A stretch of DNA of 64,000 nucleotides from an uncultured Gemmatimonadales bacterium (GTDB taxonomy: Bacteria; Gemmatimonadota; Gemmatimonadetes; Gemmatimonadales; GWC2-71-9), in NCBI GenBank assembly GCA_963841505.1, contig CAWJCZ010000008.1:519175-583174 (forward strand), given 5' to 3'. The position numbers and the translations under genes are program-made. Shown in pieces: positions 9,695 through 18,692 of this stretch. Each line of letters opens with the position of its first letter. Position 1 is the first letter of the stretch. Below the pieces are notes generated by a model, which had not been told where the DNA came from, searched no databases, and worked only from the letters and a program-made list of their open reading frames with translations.

Positions 9695-11077
9695 TATTCC
9701 GCCAAGATGGAGAGCGGCCCGCGCTCTTCAGGGCGTAGGGCGGCCGGATGTCCTAACACGCGGCGGACCAGGTCGGTCCACCAGTCGCCCGGAGGCTCTC
9801 CGGTCCGATACCGCTCCAGCATCGGCCAGGTCTTGTCATGAATCGCTTCGCCCCGGGCCAGCGCGTCCTCCGGGTCGATCCTCTTCGTGCCGCAGCCAGC
9901 GGCGGCCGATCTGGGCGTGCAGGACTTCGTCGGCCCAGTCGTAGTCGTGGAAGTGGGCCGACAGATCATCGCCTGCCTCGACCGCGGTCCGGTATTCGAA
10001 TCGCTTCCCGGTCTCCCCCGGCATGAGCGACTGCTCGATGGCGAAGAGCAGGATCTGTCGCTCGAGCGGTGTGGCGTGGAGGTTGAGCCGGAGCGCAAAC
10101 CCGACGTTGAGCGGGATCCCGGTCCAGTCCACCCCGCGGGCCTCGAGCGCGACGCTGCCCATCATGGCGTGGCGGGTTTCGTCCCAGAGCTGCCGCGAGT
10201 AATCGAGCTGAAACTCCCAGGGCTGCTCGGGACGCTCCACCAGAATGGAGGCCATCATCTCGGGGACGTCCATTTCCAGGGTGCGCTTGGCGAGCAGGGC
10301 GAGGTTCCGCTCGTCGGCCGGCACCCGGGCATCGTTGTAGATCACGTGCGGGGGAAAATCGAACGCGTACTGTCCGGTAAACCGGTGGTCCCGCCGGGGA
10401 TGAAAGTCCGGGATGAACGGTTGTCGTGCCCGCGGGGCCGGAAGCTCCGCCGTCGGTGCGGAAGCCGGACCGGCGATGCCTCCCGCCGCATCGAGCCAGG
10501 CGCGGAGATGGTCCTGCCACTCCGTAACGACCGTGGCCTTGGGTCGATCCGCTCCGGTGAGGGCCGAGAGCGCCTGACGGCTCCACCCGAGCGCCGCCTC
10601 ATGATCCAGCAGCGCGGCCTGGAGAATGCGCCGGGTCGGCTGATCAACCAGCGGGTTACTCCGGGCCAGATGGTCGCGATACGCCGCGGCGAGGGCCTCC
10701 CGCAGCACCTGGTAGCTGCCCGCGAGGAGCTCGACATGGTCGGCGCTCCACAGAGCTTCCGCGAGCGCGCGGTCGAGGGATTCGTCCGGGGCGTGATCGA
10801 GTGGAGGAAGGGGATGCCGCATCTCGCCGATTCTCCGACGGAGGGCATCGGCGTGCAGACCGTCCTGCCACTGGTGCAGCGCGAAGCCACACTTGAGCTC
10901 CCACACGGGTTCCGCGGTCAGGTGCGACAGCAGGTCGCGCATCAACCACCGCTCGACCCACTGATAGCGGAGCAGGCGACGAACGGTCTCCTCCACCGCG
11001 AAGCCGATCCGGGCCGCGTCCTGATAGGAAGCGAGGCCGGCCAGCGGTGGAACGCCAAGGGACGGCGCTGCGCTCAT
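9694..11077 (-). pseudogene. Ferritin-like (putative di-iron) domain protein, reading frame broken once near 9870-9900
   Basis: ORF 9836..11077 (LWDETRHAMMGS..., FHDYDWADEVLHAQIGRRWL) ends in Arg/Gly-rich nonsense. ORF 9694..10098 carries a coding-like C-terminus (IDPEDALARGEAIHDKTWPMLERYRTGEPPGDWWTDLVRRVLGHP). The family assignment is weak. Confidence 0.5.
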
Positions 11078-14055
11078 GGCGTGGGACGAGGCTCAGGGCC
11101 GAGCACGGCGGCGAGCTCCGCCTTGACGACATCGAGCTCCTTGCGAAGGACTTCGTATCGCTGCACCGCGTCGCGGCCGACCTTCTGATCGGTGTTCGCC
11201 GTCATGCTGGCGAGGTAGGTGATGTGGGCCTGGAGCCCTGGTTTTCCATAGCGCACCGGTTCGGTGAGCAGCTTGCGGGCGATCGCCTGCACCCGGGCGG
11301 CCGTGTCGGCGGTCGCGCCGGTTGCCCCGCGGGTTCGACTCAGGAATTGCTGGACCCGGGCCACGGTCCGCCCCGCCTCGCCGACCATGCGGCGCATTCG
11401 AAGATTGTGCGCGTATTCCGCGGTCAGATCGGCGACGGTGGTTCCTTCCGCGGGGAGCCGTGGATCGATCCGCACGGTCAGTGGCTCGGTCCTGGTGAAA
11501 TCTCCCACGGTGACACGGACCTGGTATTCGCCCGGGGGCGCCATCACGCCTTCGGAATGGCGGAGATCCCACACGAAGCGGTTGATGCCCGCCACCCTGG
11601 TCACCTGACTCGTAAAGAATCTGCCGAAGCCGAATCCCTGATTCTCTTCGTCATCCCCACCGCCCCGGCCGCGAAAGACGGGCGGAGGCGTGGCGCTGCT
11701 GTAGCTGTTGATCACCGCACCGCCCCGATCGAGAATTTCCACCTTGACCGCTCCATCCGGGATCGCGGGCAGGTAATAATCCACCCTCGGGCCCAGCAGG
11801 GCGGTCGCGGTGCGGGTGTGGTAACCACCGGGCGATGGGAAGAGAGTGATCTCCCCGGGCCGGGTGGCGGCGAGCTGACGCACCGGCGCCAGGTCGTCGA
11901 GGATCCACAGCGCCCGTCCCTGGGTGGCAATGATCAGATCGTTCCGGAACACCCGCACGTCGTTGATGGGCACGTTGGGCAAGTTGAGCTGGAAGGGCTG
12001 CCAGTGGGCCCCGTTGTCGTAGGAAATGAACATGCCGAACTCGGTCCCCGCGTAGAGCAGCCCCTCACGCTCGGGATCCTCCCGGACCACGCGGGTCGGC
12101 CAGTCCGCCGGAATCCCGTTCTTCCCGTCGGTGAGTCGGTTCCAGGTCGCGCCGTAGTCATCGGTGCGATAGAGATAGGGCTGGTAGTCGCCGAGGAGAT
12201 AGCGGTACACGGCGTAGTAGGCGGAGCCCTTCCGGTGCGGGGAGACGTCGATCCAGGCCACTCGCCCGCCGGAAGGAAGGCCCTTCGGGGTGACGTTCTT
12301 CCAGGTCTTCCCGTTGTCGCGGGTCAGGAAGAAGGGACCGTCGTTGGATCCGGTCCAGATCACGCCCGCTTCGTGGGGGGATTCGGTGATCGCGTACAGG
12401 GTGCTGTAGAACTCCTCACCGGTGACGTCCCGGGTGATGGGCTCGCCGCTCGCGCCCTGGCAGCACTCGGGATGGGCGGTGAGGTCGGGCGAGATGGTTT
12501 CCCAGGTCACGCCCTTGTCGCGGGTGCGGTGCACGAACTGCGATCCGTAGTACAGCACGTCGGGATCGTGCGGAGAGGTCGCCATCGGGGACACCCGCTG
12601 GAACCGGAGCATCAGGTCGCTGGCGGGGTTGCCGTAGAGCGATTGCGCTCCTACCCAGTAGTTCCGGGTGTGCCCCGACGTCATGTTCATGACTTCGTAT
12701 TGTCCCTTGCAGGCGCCGTACACGATGTTCGGATTCCGGGGATAGGGCATGATGGGTCCGGTCTCGCACCCCGGTCCGGTATGCCAGTCGCTCAGGTCGA
12801 ACGGATTAGCCACGCTCGAGATGATCAGCGTGGTGTTGTCCTGCTGCGCCCCGTAGATCTGATAGGGAAACAGGGTGTCGGTCCAGACCCCGTAGATCTC
12901 GGCGGTGGCCTGGTTCATCTGGGTGGACCAGGTCTTCCCGCCGTCCAGGGAGACGTTGGCGCCGCCGTCGTTCGACTGGATCAGGGTATTCCCGTCCCTG
13001 GGGTTGACCCAGATGTCGTGGTTGTCTCCGTGCGGGGTGCGGAGTGGCGTCATGGTCCGGCCGCCGTCCACCGACTTGAAGAAACTCTCCGCCCCGGCGT
13101 AGACCACGTCGGCGTTGGTCGGATCCGCGCCGAGGGTGGTGTAGTAGAACGGACGCTGGACCAGCGCGCCCTGCGAATTCATCTGGGCCCAGGACTGTCC
13201 CGCGTCGTCGGAGCGATAGAGTCCCGCGCCGGGTTTGGCCTCGACCAGGGCGTAGATGCGCTGCGGGTTTGCCGCGGTCACCGCGAGATTGCCCTTGCCG
13301 ATCAGGTCGTTGGGCAGGCCGGTGGTAATCCGGGTAAAGTGCTCGCCTCCATCGGTGCTCTTGTAGAAGCCGCCTTCGTGGGAGCCGCTGATGATGGTCC
13401 ACGGTTTTCGCTCGATCCGGTTCATCCAGGCGTACACCACGGCGGGGTTGCCGGGCATGAGCTCGACGTCCATGGCGCCGGTCGAATCCGACACAAACAG
13501 GGTGTTCTTCCAGGTGTTCCCGCCGTCGGTGGTCTTGAAGAGGCCGCGCTCGTGGTTGGGCTTGAAGATGTCGCCGTAGGCGGCTACCCAGACCGTGTTA
13601 GGGTCGGAAGGGTGGATCCGCAGGCCGCCGATCTGGCCCGCGTCATGGAGACCGGCAAAGCTCCACGTCTTGCCGCCATCGGCGCTCCGGTACACCCCCC
13701 GCCCGGTGGAGACGTTGCTCCGGACCCCATCCGATCCGGTGCCCACGTAGATGACGTTGGGGTCGGTTTCGGCGACCGCGATCGCGCCGACCGAGCCCAG
13801 GGGAATCTTCCCGTCCGTGATGGGCTCCCATTTGGCACCACCGTCGGTGGTCCGGAATACCCCGCCGCTCGCGACGCCCATGTAAAACGTCTTGGGCTGG
13901 GACGGCACTCCGGTGACGGCGGTGACCCGGCCGCCGCGCGAAGGGCCCACCAGTCGATAGCTCAACCCTTTGAACAGGGCGCTATCAACCTGGGCAGAGG
14001 CGGTCGAGGCCAGGGAGACGAGACTCAGGAGCGTGAGCGGAAATCGAAAGGACAT
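11074..14055 (-). CDS. Secreted BNR/Asp-box repeat beta-propeller protein (sortilin/VPS10-like, glycosyl-hydrolase-like)
   Basis: The real start is ATG 14055 inside the 1409-aa track ORF. It has the signal peptide MSFRFPLTLLSLVSLASTASAQ and repeated Asp-box motifs (TTDGGAKW, SADGGKTW, TTDGGNTW, STDGGEHF, SDDAGQSW, SVDGGRT, SLDGGKTW, TRDKGVTW, TRDNGKTW, TDDYGATW, SYDNGAHW). Confidence 0.88.
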   Translation of the reverse strand: MSFRFPLTLLSLVSLASTASAQVDSALFKGLSYRLVGPSRGGRVTAVTGVPSQPKTFYMGVASGGVFRTTDGGAKWEPITDGKIPLGSVGAIAVAETDPNVIYVGTGSDGVRSNVSTGRGVYRSADGGKTWSFAGLHDAGQIGGLRIHPSDPNTVWVAAYGDIFKPNHERGLFKTTDGGNTWKNTLFVSDSTGAMDVELMPGNPAVVYAWMNRIERKPWTIISGSHEGGFYKSTDGGEHFTRITTGLPNDLIGKGNLAVTAANPQRIYALVEAKPGAGLYRSDDAGQSWAQMNSQGALVQRPFYYTTLGADPTNADVVYAGAESFFKSVDGGRTMTPLRTPHGDNHDIWVNPRDGNTLIQSNDGGANVSLDGGKTWSTQMNQATAEIYGVWTDTLFPYQIYGAQQDNTTLIISSVANPFDLSDWHTGPGCETGPIMPYPRNPNIVYGACKGQYEVMNMTSGHTRNYWVGAQSLYGNPASDLMLRFQRVSPMATSPHDPDVLYYGSQFVHRTRDKGVTWETISPDLTAHPECCQGASGEPITRDVTGEEFYSTLYAITESPHEAGVIWTGSNDGPFFLTRDNGKTWKNVTPKGLPSGGRVAWIDVSPHRKGSAYYAVYRYLLGDYQPYLYRTDDYGATWNRLTDGKNGIPADWPTRVVREDPEREGLLYAGTEFGMFISYDNGAHWQPFQLNLPNVPINDVRVFRNDLIIATQGRALWILDDLAPVRQLAATRPGEITLFPSPGGYHTRTATALLGPRVDYYLPAIPDGAVKVEILDRGGAVINSYSSATPPPVFRGRGGGDDEENQGFGFGRFFTSQVTRVAGINRFVWDLRHSEGVMAPPGEYQVRVTVGDFTRTEPLTVRIDPRLPAEGTTVADLTAEYAHNLRMRRMVGEAGRTVARVQQFLSRTRGATGATADTAARVQAIARKLLTEPVRYGKPGLQAHITYLASMTANTDQKVGRDAVQRYEVLRKELDVVKAELAAVLGPEPRPTP

Positions 14056-14084
14056 TGCGGATATCCGGAGAGAGGGCTGGAGTC

Positions 14085-15377
14085 CTACATAGTAAACCCT
14101 GACTTGGACTGTGGCACCGCCGGGCTCGTGCCGGCCGCCTCGCCGGCTCCGCGGGGGATTGCGAAGACGGCGATGGCAGCCAGCGCCGTGTAGACGGCCA
14201 TCATCAGGAACAGGGGCCGGTAGCTCCCGAAGACATCGAACAGCGCCCCGTTCATCGGATCGCCGATCCCGCCTCCGAGTGCGATCGACAGCAGGAAGAG
14301 CGCCGACAGCACCCCGCGACGCTCCCGGGGGATCGGCTCCACGAAGAGCGGATAGGCGTTCACGGTCGGGAAGGTCCATGCTGCCGCCGTCAGGGCAAGC
14401 AGCGGAGCCGCCTGCGCCATGCTGCTCACCCGATCGAGCGCGACCAGGCACCCCGCCATCACGCCGAACCCGGCGAGCATGGCGTTGCGCCGTCCGAATC
14501 GCATGCCGATGAACCCGGCCGGCAGCGCCCCGATCACCCCGCCGACCGCCCACGCCATGAACCCGATGGTGACGTCCTCGGGTCGCACGCCGAAACGCTC
14601 GGTGCCATGCAGCGCGAACCAGGTGGTGAAGGTCTGGAAGGTCAACTGGACCAGGAGAGCGGCCAGGAACATCGGCCGGATCCCCGGCATCGCGCCCCGC
14701 ATCGCGCTCTGGACCGCCTCCCAGAGAGACCGGTAGCTCGCCTCGACGGCGCTCCCGTGTGGCGGGGGTTCGCGGAGACCAAGGCCAAGTCCGGCGGCGA
14801 TCAGCAGCACGGTCGCTGCGGCGATCAGGAATGCGCGCTCCATCCCGAGCACCCGGCCAAGCATCAGGAAGACGATGGCCCCGACACACATCTGGAAGGT
14901 GACCGAGCCGGTGGCGAGCGAGCGAAACCGCGAGGGGACCGCGTCCGCGATGACCGCCTGGAACGGAGAACGCTGGACGTTGATCCCGGTGTAGAGCACC
15001 ACGATCGCGGCGATCACGCCCACGATCCCGAATCGGGCCGACCAGGGAAAGAGCGCCATCCCGATCGCCGAGAGCAGCAACGCGCCGACGATCATCGGGA
15101 GCCGGCCGCGGCCACTCACTCCGGCCCGGTCGGACGCGGCGCCAGCCCACGGCACCAGAAGGAGCAGGAGCAGGTTGTCGATCGCCATCACCGCGCCGAT
15201 CGCGGTGCGATGGTCGCCCAGGGTTTCCCGGACCAGGGGGGGAACAAAGGTGCTCAAGAGCGGCCCGGTCACCCCGGCGAACAGACCGCCCAGGCCGACG
15301 CACAGGCAGATGCCGTAGGGCGTCCGCGCCGCCGTCCGCCCGGCGTCAGGACCAACCGTATCGGGTTGGGGGGTCAC
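14085..15377 (-). CDS. MFS transporter
   Basis: 430-aa ORF with about 12 predicted TM helices. The loop motif GAASDRAGVSGRGRLP lies between TM2 and TM3, as is typical of MFS transporters. Confidence 0.85.
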   Translation of the reverse strand: MTPQPDTVGPDAGRTAARTPYGICLCVGLGGLFAGVTGPLLSTFVPPLVRETLGDHRTAIGAVMAIDNLLLLLLVPWAGAASDRAGVSGRGRLPMIVGALLLSAIGMALFPWSARFGIVGVIAAIVVLYTGINVQRSPFQAVIADAVPSRFRSLATGSVTFQMCVGAIVFLMLGRVLGMERAFLIAAATVLLIAAGLGLGLREPPPHGSAVEASYRSLWEAVQSAMRGAMPGIRPMFLAALLVQLTFQTFTTWFALHGTERFGVRPEDVTIGFMAWAVGGVIGALPAGFIGMRFGRRNAMLAGFGVMAGCLVALDRVSSMAQAAPLLALTAAAWTFPTVNAYPLFVEPIPRERRGVLSALFLLSIALGGGIGDPMNGALFDVFGSYRPLFLMMAVYTALAAIAVFAIPRGAGEAAGTSPAVPQSKSGFTM

Positions 15378-15430
15378 GTCCCCATATTACGTGAAGGTTG
15401 CTCCCCACACCACCGGACGAGGCGGCGGCG

Positions 15431-16030
15431 ATGGACCCGATGTTTCTTCCGGATGTCGAAGCGAATCCGCAGGGCGATTCGCCCTATGCGAGCCTGATCG
15501 CCCAGGCCCGGGCCGCCGGTCGGGAGTACCCGCAGATCTGGCACCTGTTCGCGTTCAAGCCGCACGCCACGACGCACCTCGCCCATTTCACCCAGGAAAT
15601 CCTTCGCGGCGAGGCGCCGCTCAGTCCGGGATTTCGCGAGCTGATCGCGGCGCGAACCAGCGGCCGGAACGGGTGCCCGTTCTGACTGAAGTCTCACGCC
15701 GCGGTCGCGGCGGTGCTGTTGGGAAGCGAGGAGCTGGTCCGCGGGGTCCTGGAGGATCTCGACAGCTCCGGCCTGAGTGACGCCGAGAAGGCGCTGCTGC
15801 GTTTCCTCGACCGGGTGAACGACGACTCGCCCCGCATCACCGGGGCCGACATCGAGCCGCTCCATGCAGCGGGGTGGACCGACGAGCAGATCTGGTATGC
15901 CGTGACGGTATGCGCCCTGTTCAACTTCTACAACCGGTGGATCGACGCGACCGGCGTCCATGCCCTCTCCGACGAAGCCCATCGTGAGGGCGGGAAGCGA
16001 AGCGCGGCGGGCGGGTACGCCCGGAAGTAG
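15431..16030 (+). CDS. AhpD/carboxymuconolactone-decarboxylase-family peroxidase-related protein with in-frame TGA (probable selenocysteine) at 15683-15685
   Basis: Track ORFs 15398..15685 and 15713..16030 are in the same frame. The joined sequence is ...ELIAARTSGRNGCPF-TGA-LKSHAAVAAVLLG..., so the TGA occupies the second Cys of the C-x-x-C-x-x-x-H redox motif. A SECIS-like hairpin follows. The ATG 15431 start is preferred over TTG 15398. Confidence 0.7.
15697..15712 (+). promoter_or_regulatory. Candidate bacterial SECIS hairpin (6-bp GC stem, GGUC apical loop) 11 nt downstream of the TGA
   Basis: CGCCGC-GGTC-GCGGCG read directly. The spacer (11 nt) and loop sequence match the E. coli fdhF SECIS minihelix (GGUC loop). 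Confidence 0.6.
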
Positions 16031-16038
16031 AGGGTGGG

Positions 16039-17016
16039 CTAGGAAATTCCGAGCAACGCAGCGGCATTCCCCCCGAGAATCCGGGCTTCCTCCTCCGGGG
16101 TCAACCCCAGCGACTTGACCGTCGAGGTCATCCGGGGAATGCTGCCGATCTGGTGCGGGTAGTCGGACCCGGCCAGGATCTGGCCCACCCCGGCGAACTG
16201 GATCGCGAGACGCAAGGCGTCGGGGTCGAAATTGACGGTGTCGTAGTAGAACTGTTTGAGGTGCTCGCTGGGTGGCGCGGCGAGATCCTTCCGGCACTCC
16301 GCGAACATCTCGAACCCGCGATCGAGCCGCTCGGCCAGATAGGGGATGGTGCCGCCCAGGTGGCCCAGCACCCAGCGGATTCCAGGGAACCGTTCCGGGA
16401 TTCCGGCGAACACCAGGTGCGCGGCGGCGAGCGTGGTGTCGAACAGGAATCCCACCAGCGGCATGAGCCAGTACTGCTGCATGGCCTCGACGCCGAGCGG
16501 AAAGGTGGGATGGATGTACATCACCGCGCGAGCATCGCTGGCAGCTTCCCAGAGGGGCCAGAACCGCCCGTCGGCGAGCGGGACGCCGTTGACGTTGCCG
16601 AACACCATGCAGCCGCGGAATCCAAGCGCCCTAACCCGCTCGAATTCGCGCACCGAGGCGGCGGGGTCATTGAGGGGCAGGGTGGCCAGGGCGGTGAAGC
16701 GCCCACCCCGCTCCTGCATCACGCCGGCAAAGGCGTCGTTCACCATCGAGGCCAGCCGGGCGGAGCGGTTCTGCTCCTCGAGCAGGGTCCCCGGGCAGGT
16801 GAGCGAGATCAGCTGCCGATCGACCCCTTCCCGGGCCAGGACCTCTTCGCGATAAGCGATGTCCCGATGACCCCGGACCGCGATGTTCGCGTCGCCCGGG
16901 GAGTAGAGCACCGGATTGCCTTCGGCGTCGTCTCGCACCGAAAGCGCGCTGGCCCCCTGGCGGAGCGCATCGATGAAGGCCGGCGGGTAGTAATGGTTAT
17001 GGACGTCGAGGATCAT
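16039..17016 (-). CDS. Amidohydrolase-2 family metal-dependent hydrolase/decarboxylase (ACMSD-like)
   Basis: 325-aa ORF. The N-terminal MILDVHNHYYPP (HxH metal motif), HPTFP, GHLGG and AGSDYPH are typical of PF04909. Confidence 0.85.
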   Translation of the reverse strand: MILDVHNHYYPPAFIDALRQGASALSVRDDAEGNPVLYSPGDANIAVRGHRDIAYREEVLAREGVDRQLISLTCPGTLLEEQNRSARLASMVNDAFAGVMQERGGRFTALATLPLNDPAASVREFERVRALGFRGCMVFGNVNGVPLADGRFWPLWEAASDARAVMYIHPTFPLGVEAMQQYWLMPLVGFLFDTTLAAAHLVFAGIPERFPGIRWVLGHLGGTIPYLAERLDRGFEMFAECRKDLAAPPSEHLKQFYYDTVNFDPDALRLAIQFAGVGQILAGSDYPHQIGSIPRMTSTVKSLGLTPEEEARILGGNAAALLGIS

Positions 17017-18316
17017 GGATGCTCACCGCGAAGTAGTAGACCGGCAGACCCAGCAGCACGAGACCCAGCCCCAGTGCGGTGTTGATCGGGTCGGCCACGA
17101 CCTGGCTCACCACCACCAGGAACGCGGCGACGGTGAAGATAACCGGCAAAACCGGGTACCCCCACATGGCGTAGCCGCGCACCAGCCCGGGTCGGCGCCG
17201 CAGCAGGATGACCCCGATCGCCATCAATCCGAAGAAGATCCATTCGGTGTACACCACCCGGGTGAACAGGGCCCGGAAGGTGCCCGTCGCGACCAGGACG
17301 CTGGACCAGATGCCCTGGAGCACGATGGCCCGATGGGGAGTCTGGAAGCGCGGATGGATCGCCGCGGCCCAGCGAAACAGGAGCCCGTCCCGCGCCATGG
17401 CCAGGTAGACCCGCGGGCCGGTGAGCACGATGCCCGCGAGGGCGCCGAACGACGAGAACATCACCAGGCCCGCCACCGCCCGCCCGCCTCCCGCGCCGAG
17501 CAACGCTTCCGCGAAATCGGCCGCGACCCGGGTCGAGCCGGCCACCGCGTCGAGCGGGAGGACATAGAGGTACACCGCATTCATCGCGAGATAGCAGAGC
17601 GTCACGACAGCGGTTCCCAGGGCGAGCGCGCGGGGAATGGTCCTGGCCGGGTCAACGGTTTCTTCCGAGCTGTAGGTCACCATGTGCCAGCCGCCGAACG
17701 CAAACAGCCCGGCGCCGAGACCGACCAGCACGTCCCAGCCGCGGAGCGCTACCGGGGCGGCCGCAGGAACGAAGTGGGTCGGAACCCGCCCGCCCAGGGT
17801 TACGCCGAGGATCACGATGAGCAACACCGCGAGGAGCTTTCCCGCGGTAAAGGCGGTCTGGAGCCGGCTTCCCTGTCGGACCCCGACATAATTGATCCCG
17901 GTGAGCAGCAGGATGACGCCGATCGCGACCAGCCGGGTTTCCAGGTCGCCAAGCGGGATGAGCGTGCCGGCATAACGCGCGAAGATCACCGCGACGGCGG
18001 CGATGATGCCGGAATGCATGCTCCAGAACATCGCCCAGCCCCACAGGAACCCCAGGGGCCGCCCGAAGGCCTCGGACAGATAGACGTAGACCCCACCGCT
18101 CCGGGTGAAGGTGGACGCCAGCTCGGCGGAGACCAGCGCCCCGATCAGGGTGATGAGCCCGGCAGCGAGCCAGGTCCCTAACACGCCCGCGACCGAGGGC
18201 ACCCGGGAGGTGATTTCGGAGGGCTGGACGAAAATCGAGGCGCCGATGATCGTGCCGATCACCAGCGCCGCGGCGTGAGGGAGCCGGATGGCGCGTCGAA
18301 GTTCCGGCGCCCTCAT
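16997..18316 (-). CDS. APC-family amino acid permease
   Basis: 439-aa ORF with about 12 TM helices. The N-terminal block AALVIGTIIGASIFVQP...GALVSAELAS...GGVYVYL is typical of the APC superfamily. It overlaps the downstream amidohydrolase start by 20 nt. Confidence 0.88.
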   Translation of the reverse strand: MRAPELRRAIRLPHAAALVIGTIIGASIFVQPSEITSRVPSVAGVLGTWLAAGLITLIGALVSAELASTFTRSGGVYVYLSEAFGRPLGFLWGWAMFWSMHSGIIAAVAVIFARYAGTLIPLGDLETRLVAIGVILLLTGINYVGVRQGSRLQTAFTAGKLLAVLLIVILGVTLGGRVPTHFVPAAAPVALRGWDVLVGLGAGLFAFGGWHMVTYSSEETVDPARTIPRALALGTAVVTLCYLAMNAVYLYVLPLDAVAGSTRVAADFAEALLGAGGGRAVAGLVMFSSFGALAGIVLTGPRVYLAMARDGLLFRWAAAIHPRFQTPHRAIVLQGIWSSVLVATGTFRALFTRVVYTEWIFFGLMAIGVILLRRRPGLVRGYAMWGYPVLPVIFTVAAFLVVVSQVVADPINTALGLGLVLLGLPVYYFAVSIHDPRRP

Positions 18317-18334
18317 GACCGGTGAGCCGGTCGC

Positions 18335-18634
18335 CTATCGGATTCGGAAGCGCTTGCGGCGGCGGGCCTTCCCGCGGGCGGCCATGGCGCCCACCGCCGC
18401 GGCGCCGATCCCCAGCGCAGTCGCGGCCACCGCGACGAGCTTCCGGGTGTTGATGCCCTTGAACTTGGTGGCGAGCCGCTTGCCGAGGCGCTGGCCCTCG
18501 CGCTCGACCGCCTTGAGCGCGGCGGTGGCGGAAGCCATGGACATCGCCTTGGCGGCGGGCTTCGGTGATTTGGCTGGGGCGCTCTTCCGGGTTCGGGTCG
18601 CGGTGCTCCGGGATTTCTTGGATCTCGTCGCCAT
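18335..18634 (-). CDS. Small basic protein with C-terminal TM helix, unknown function
   Basis: 99-aa ORF preceded by a strong SD (GGAGGTAGA-ATG). It has a Lys/Arg/Ala-rich N-terminal half, a hydrophobic LVAVAATALGIGAAAVGAMAA segment and a basic tail. Confidence 0.5.
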   Translation of the reverse strand: MATRSKKSRSTATRTRKSAPAKSPKPAAKAMSMASATAALKAVEREGQRLGKRLATKFKGINTRKLVAVAATALGIGAAAVGAMAARGKARRRKRFRIR

Positions 18635-18692
18635 TCTACCTCCGTGAAATGGTGTGCGCGTTAATTGGGAGACGCATCGGATGGCTCGCCGC

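Noticed and set aside
15683-15685. TGA read as a genuine stop, giving two small genes (95 aa and 105 aa) or a nonsense pseudogene.
   Set aside because: The codon falls exactly on the second Cys of the CxxC...H redox motif, the same frame continues with family-typical sequence, and an fdhF-like hairpin follows at the canonical distance. A nonsense mutation cannot be excluded without the sel genes.
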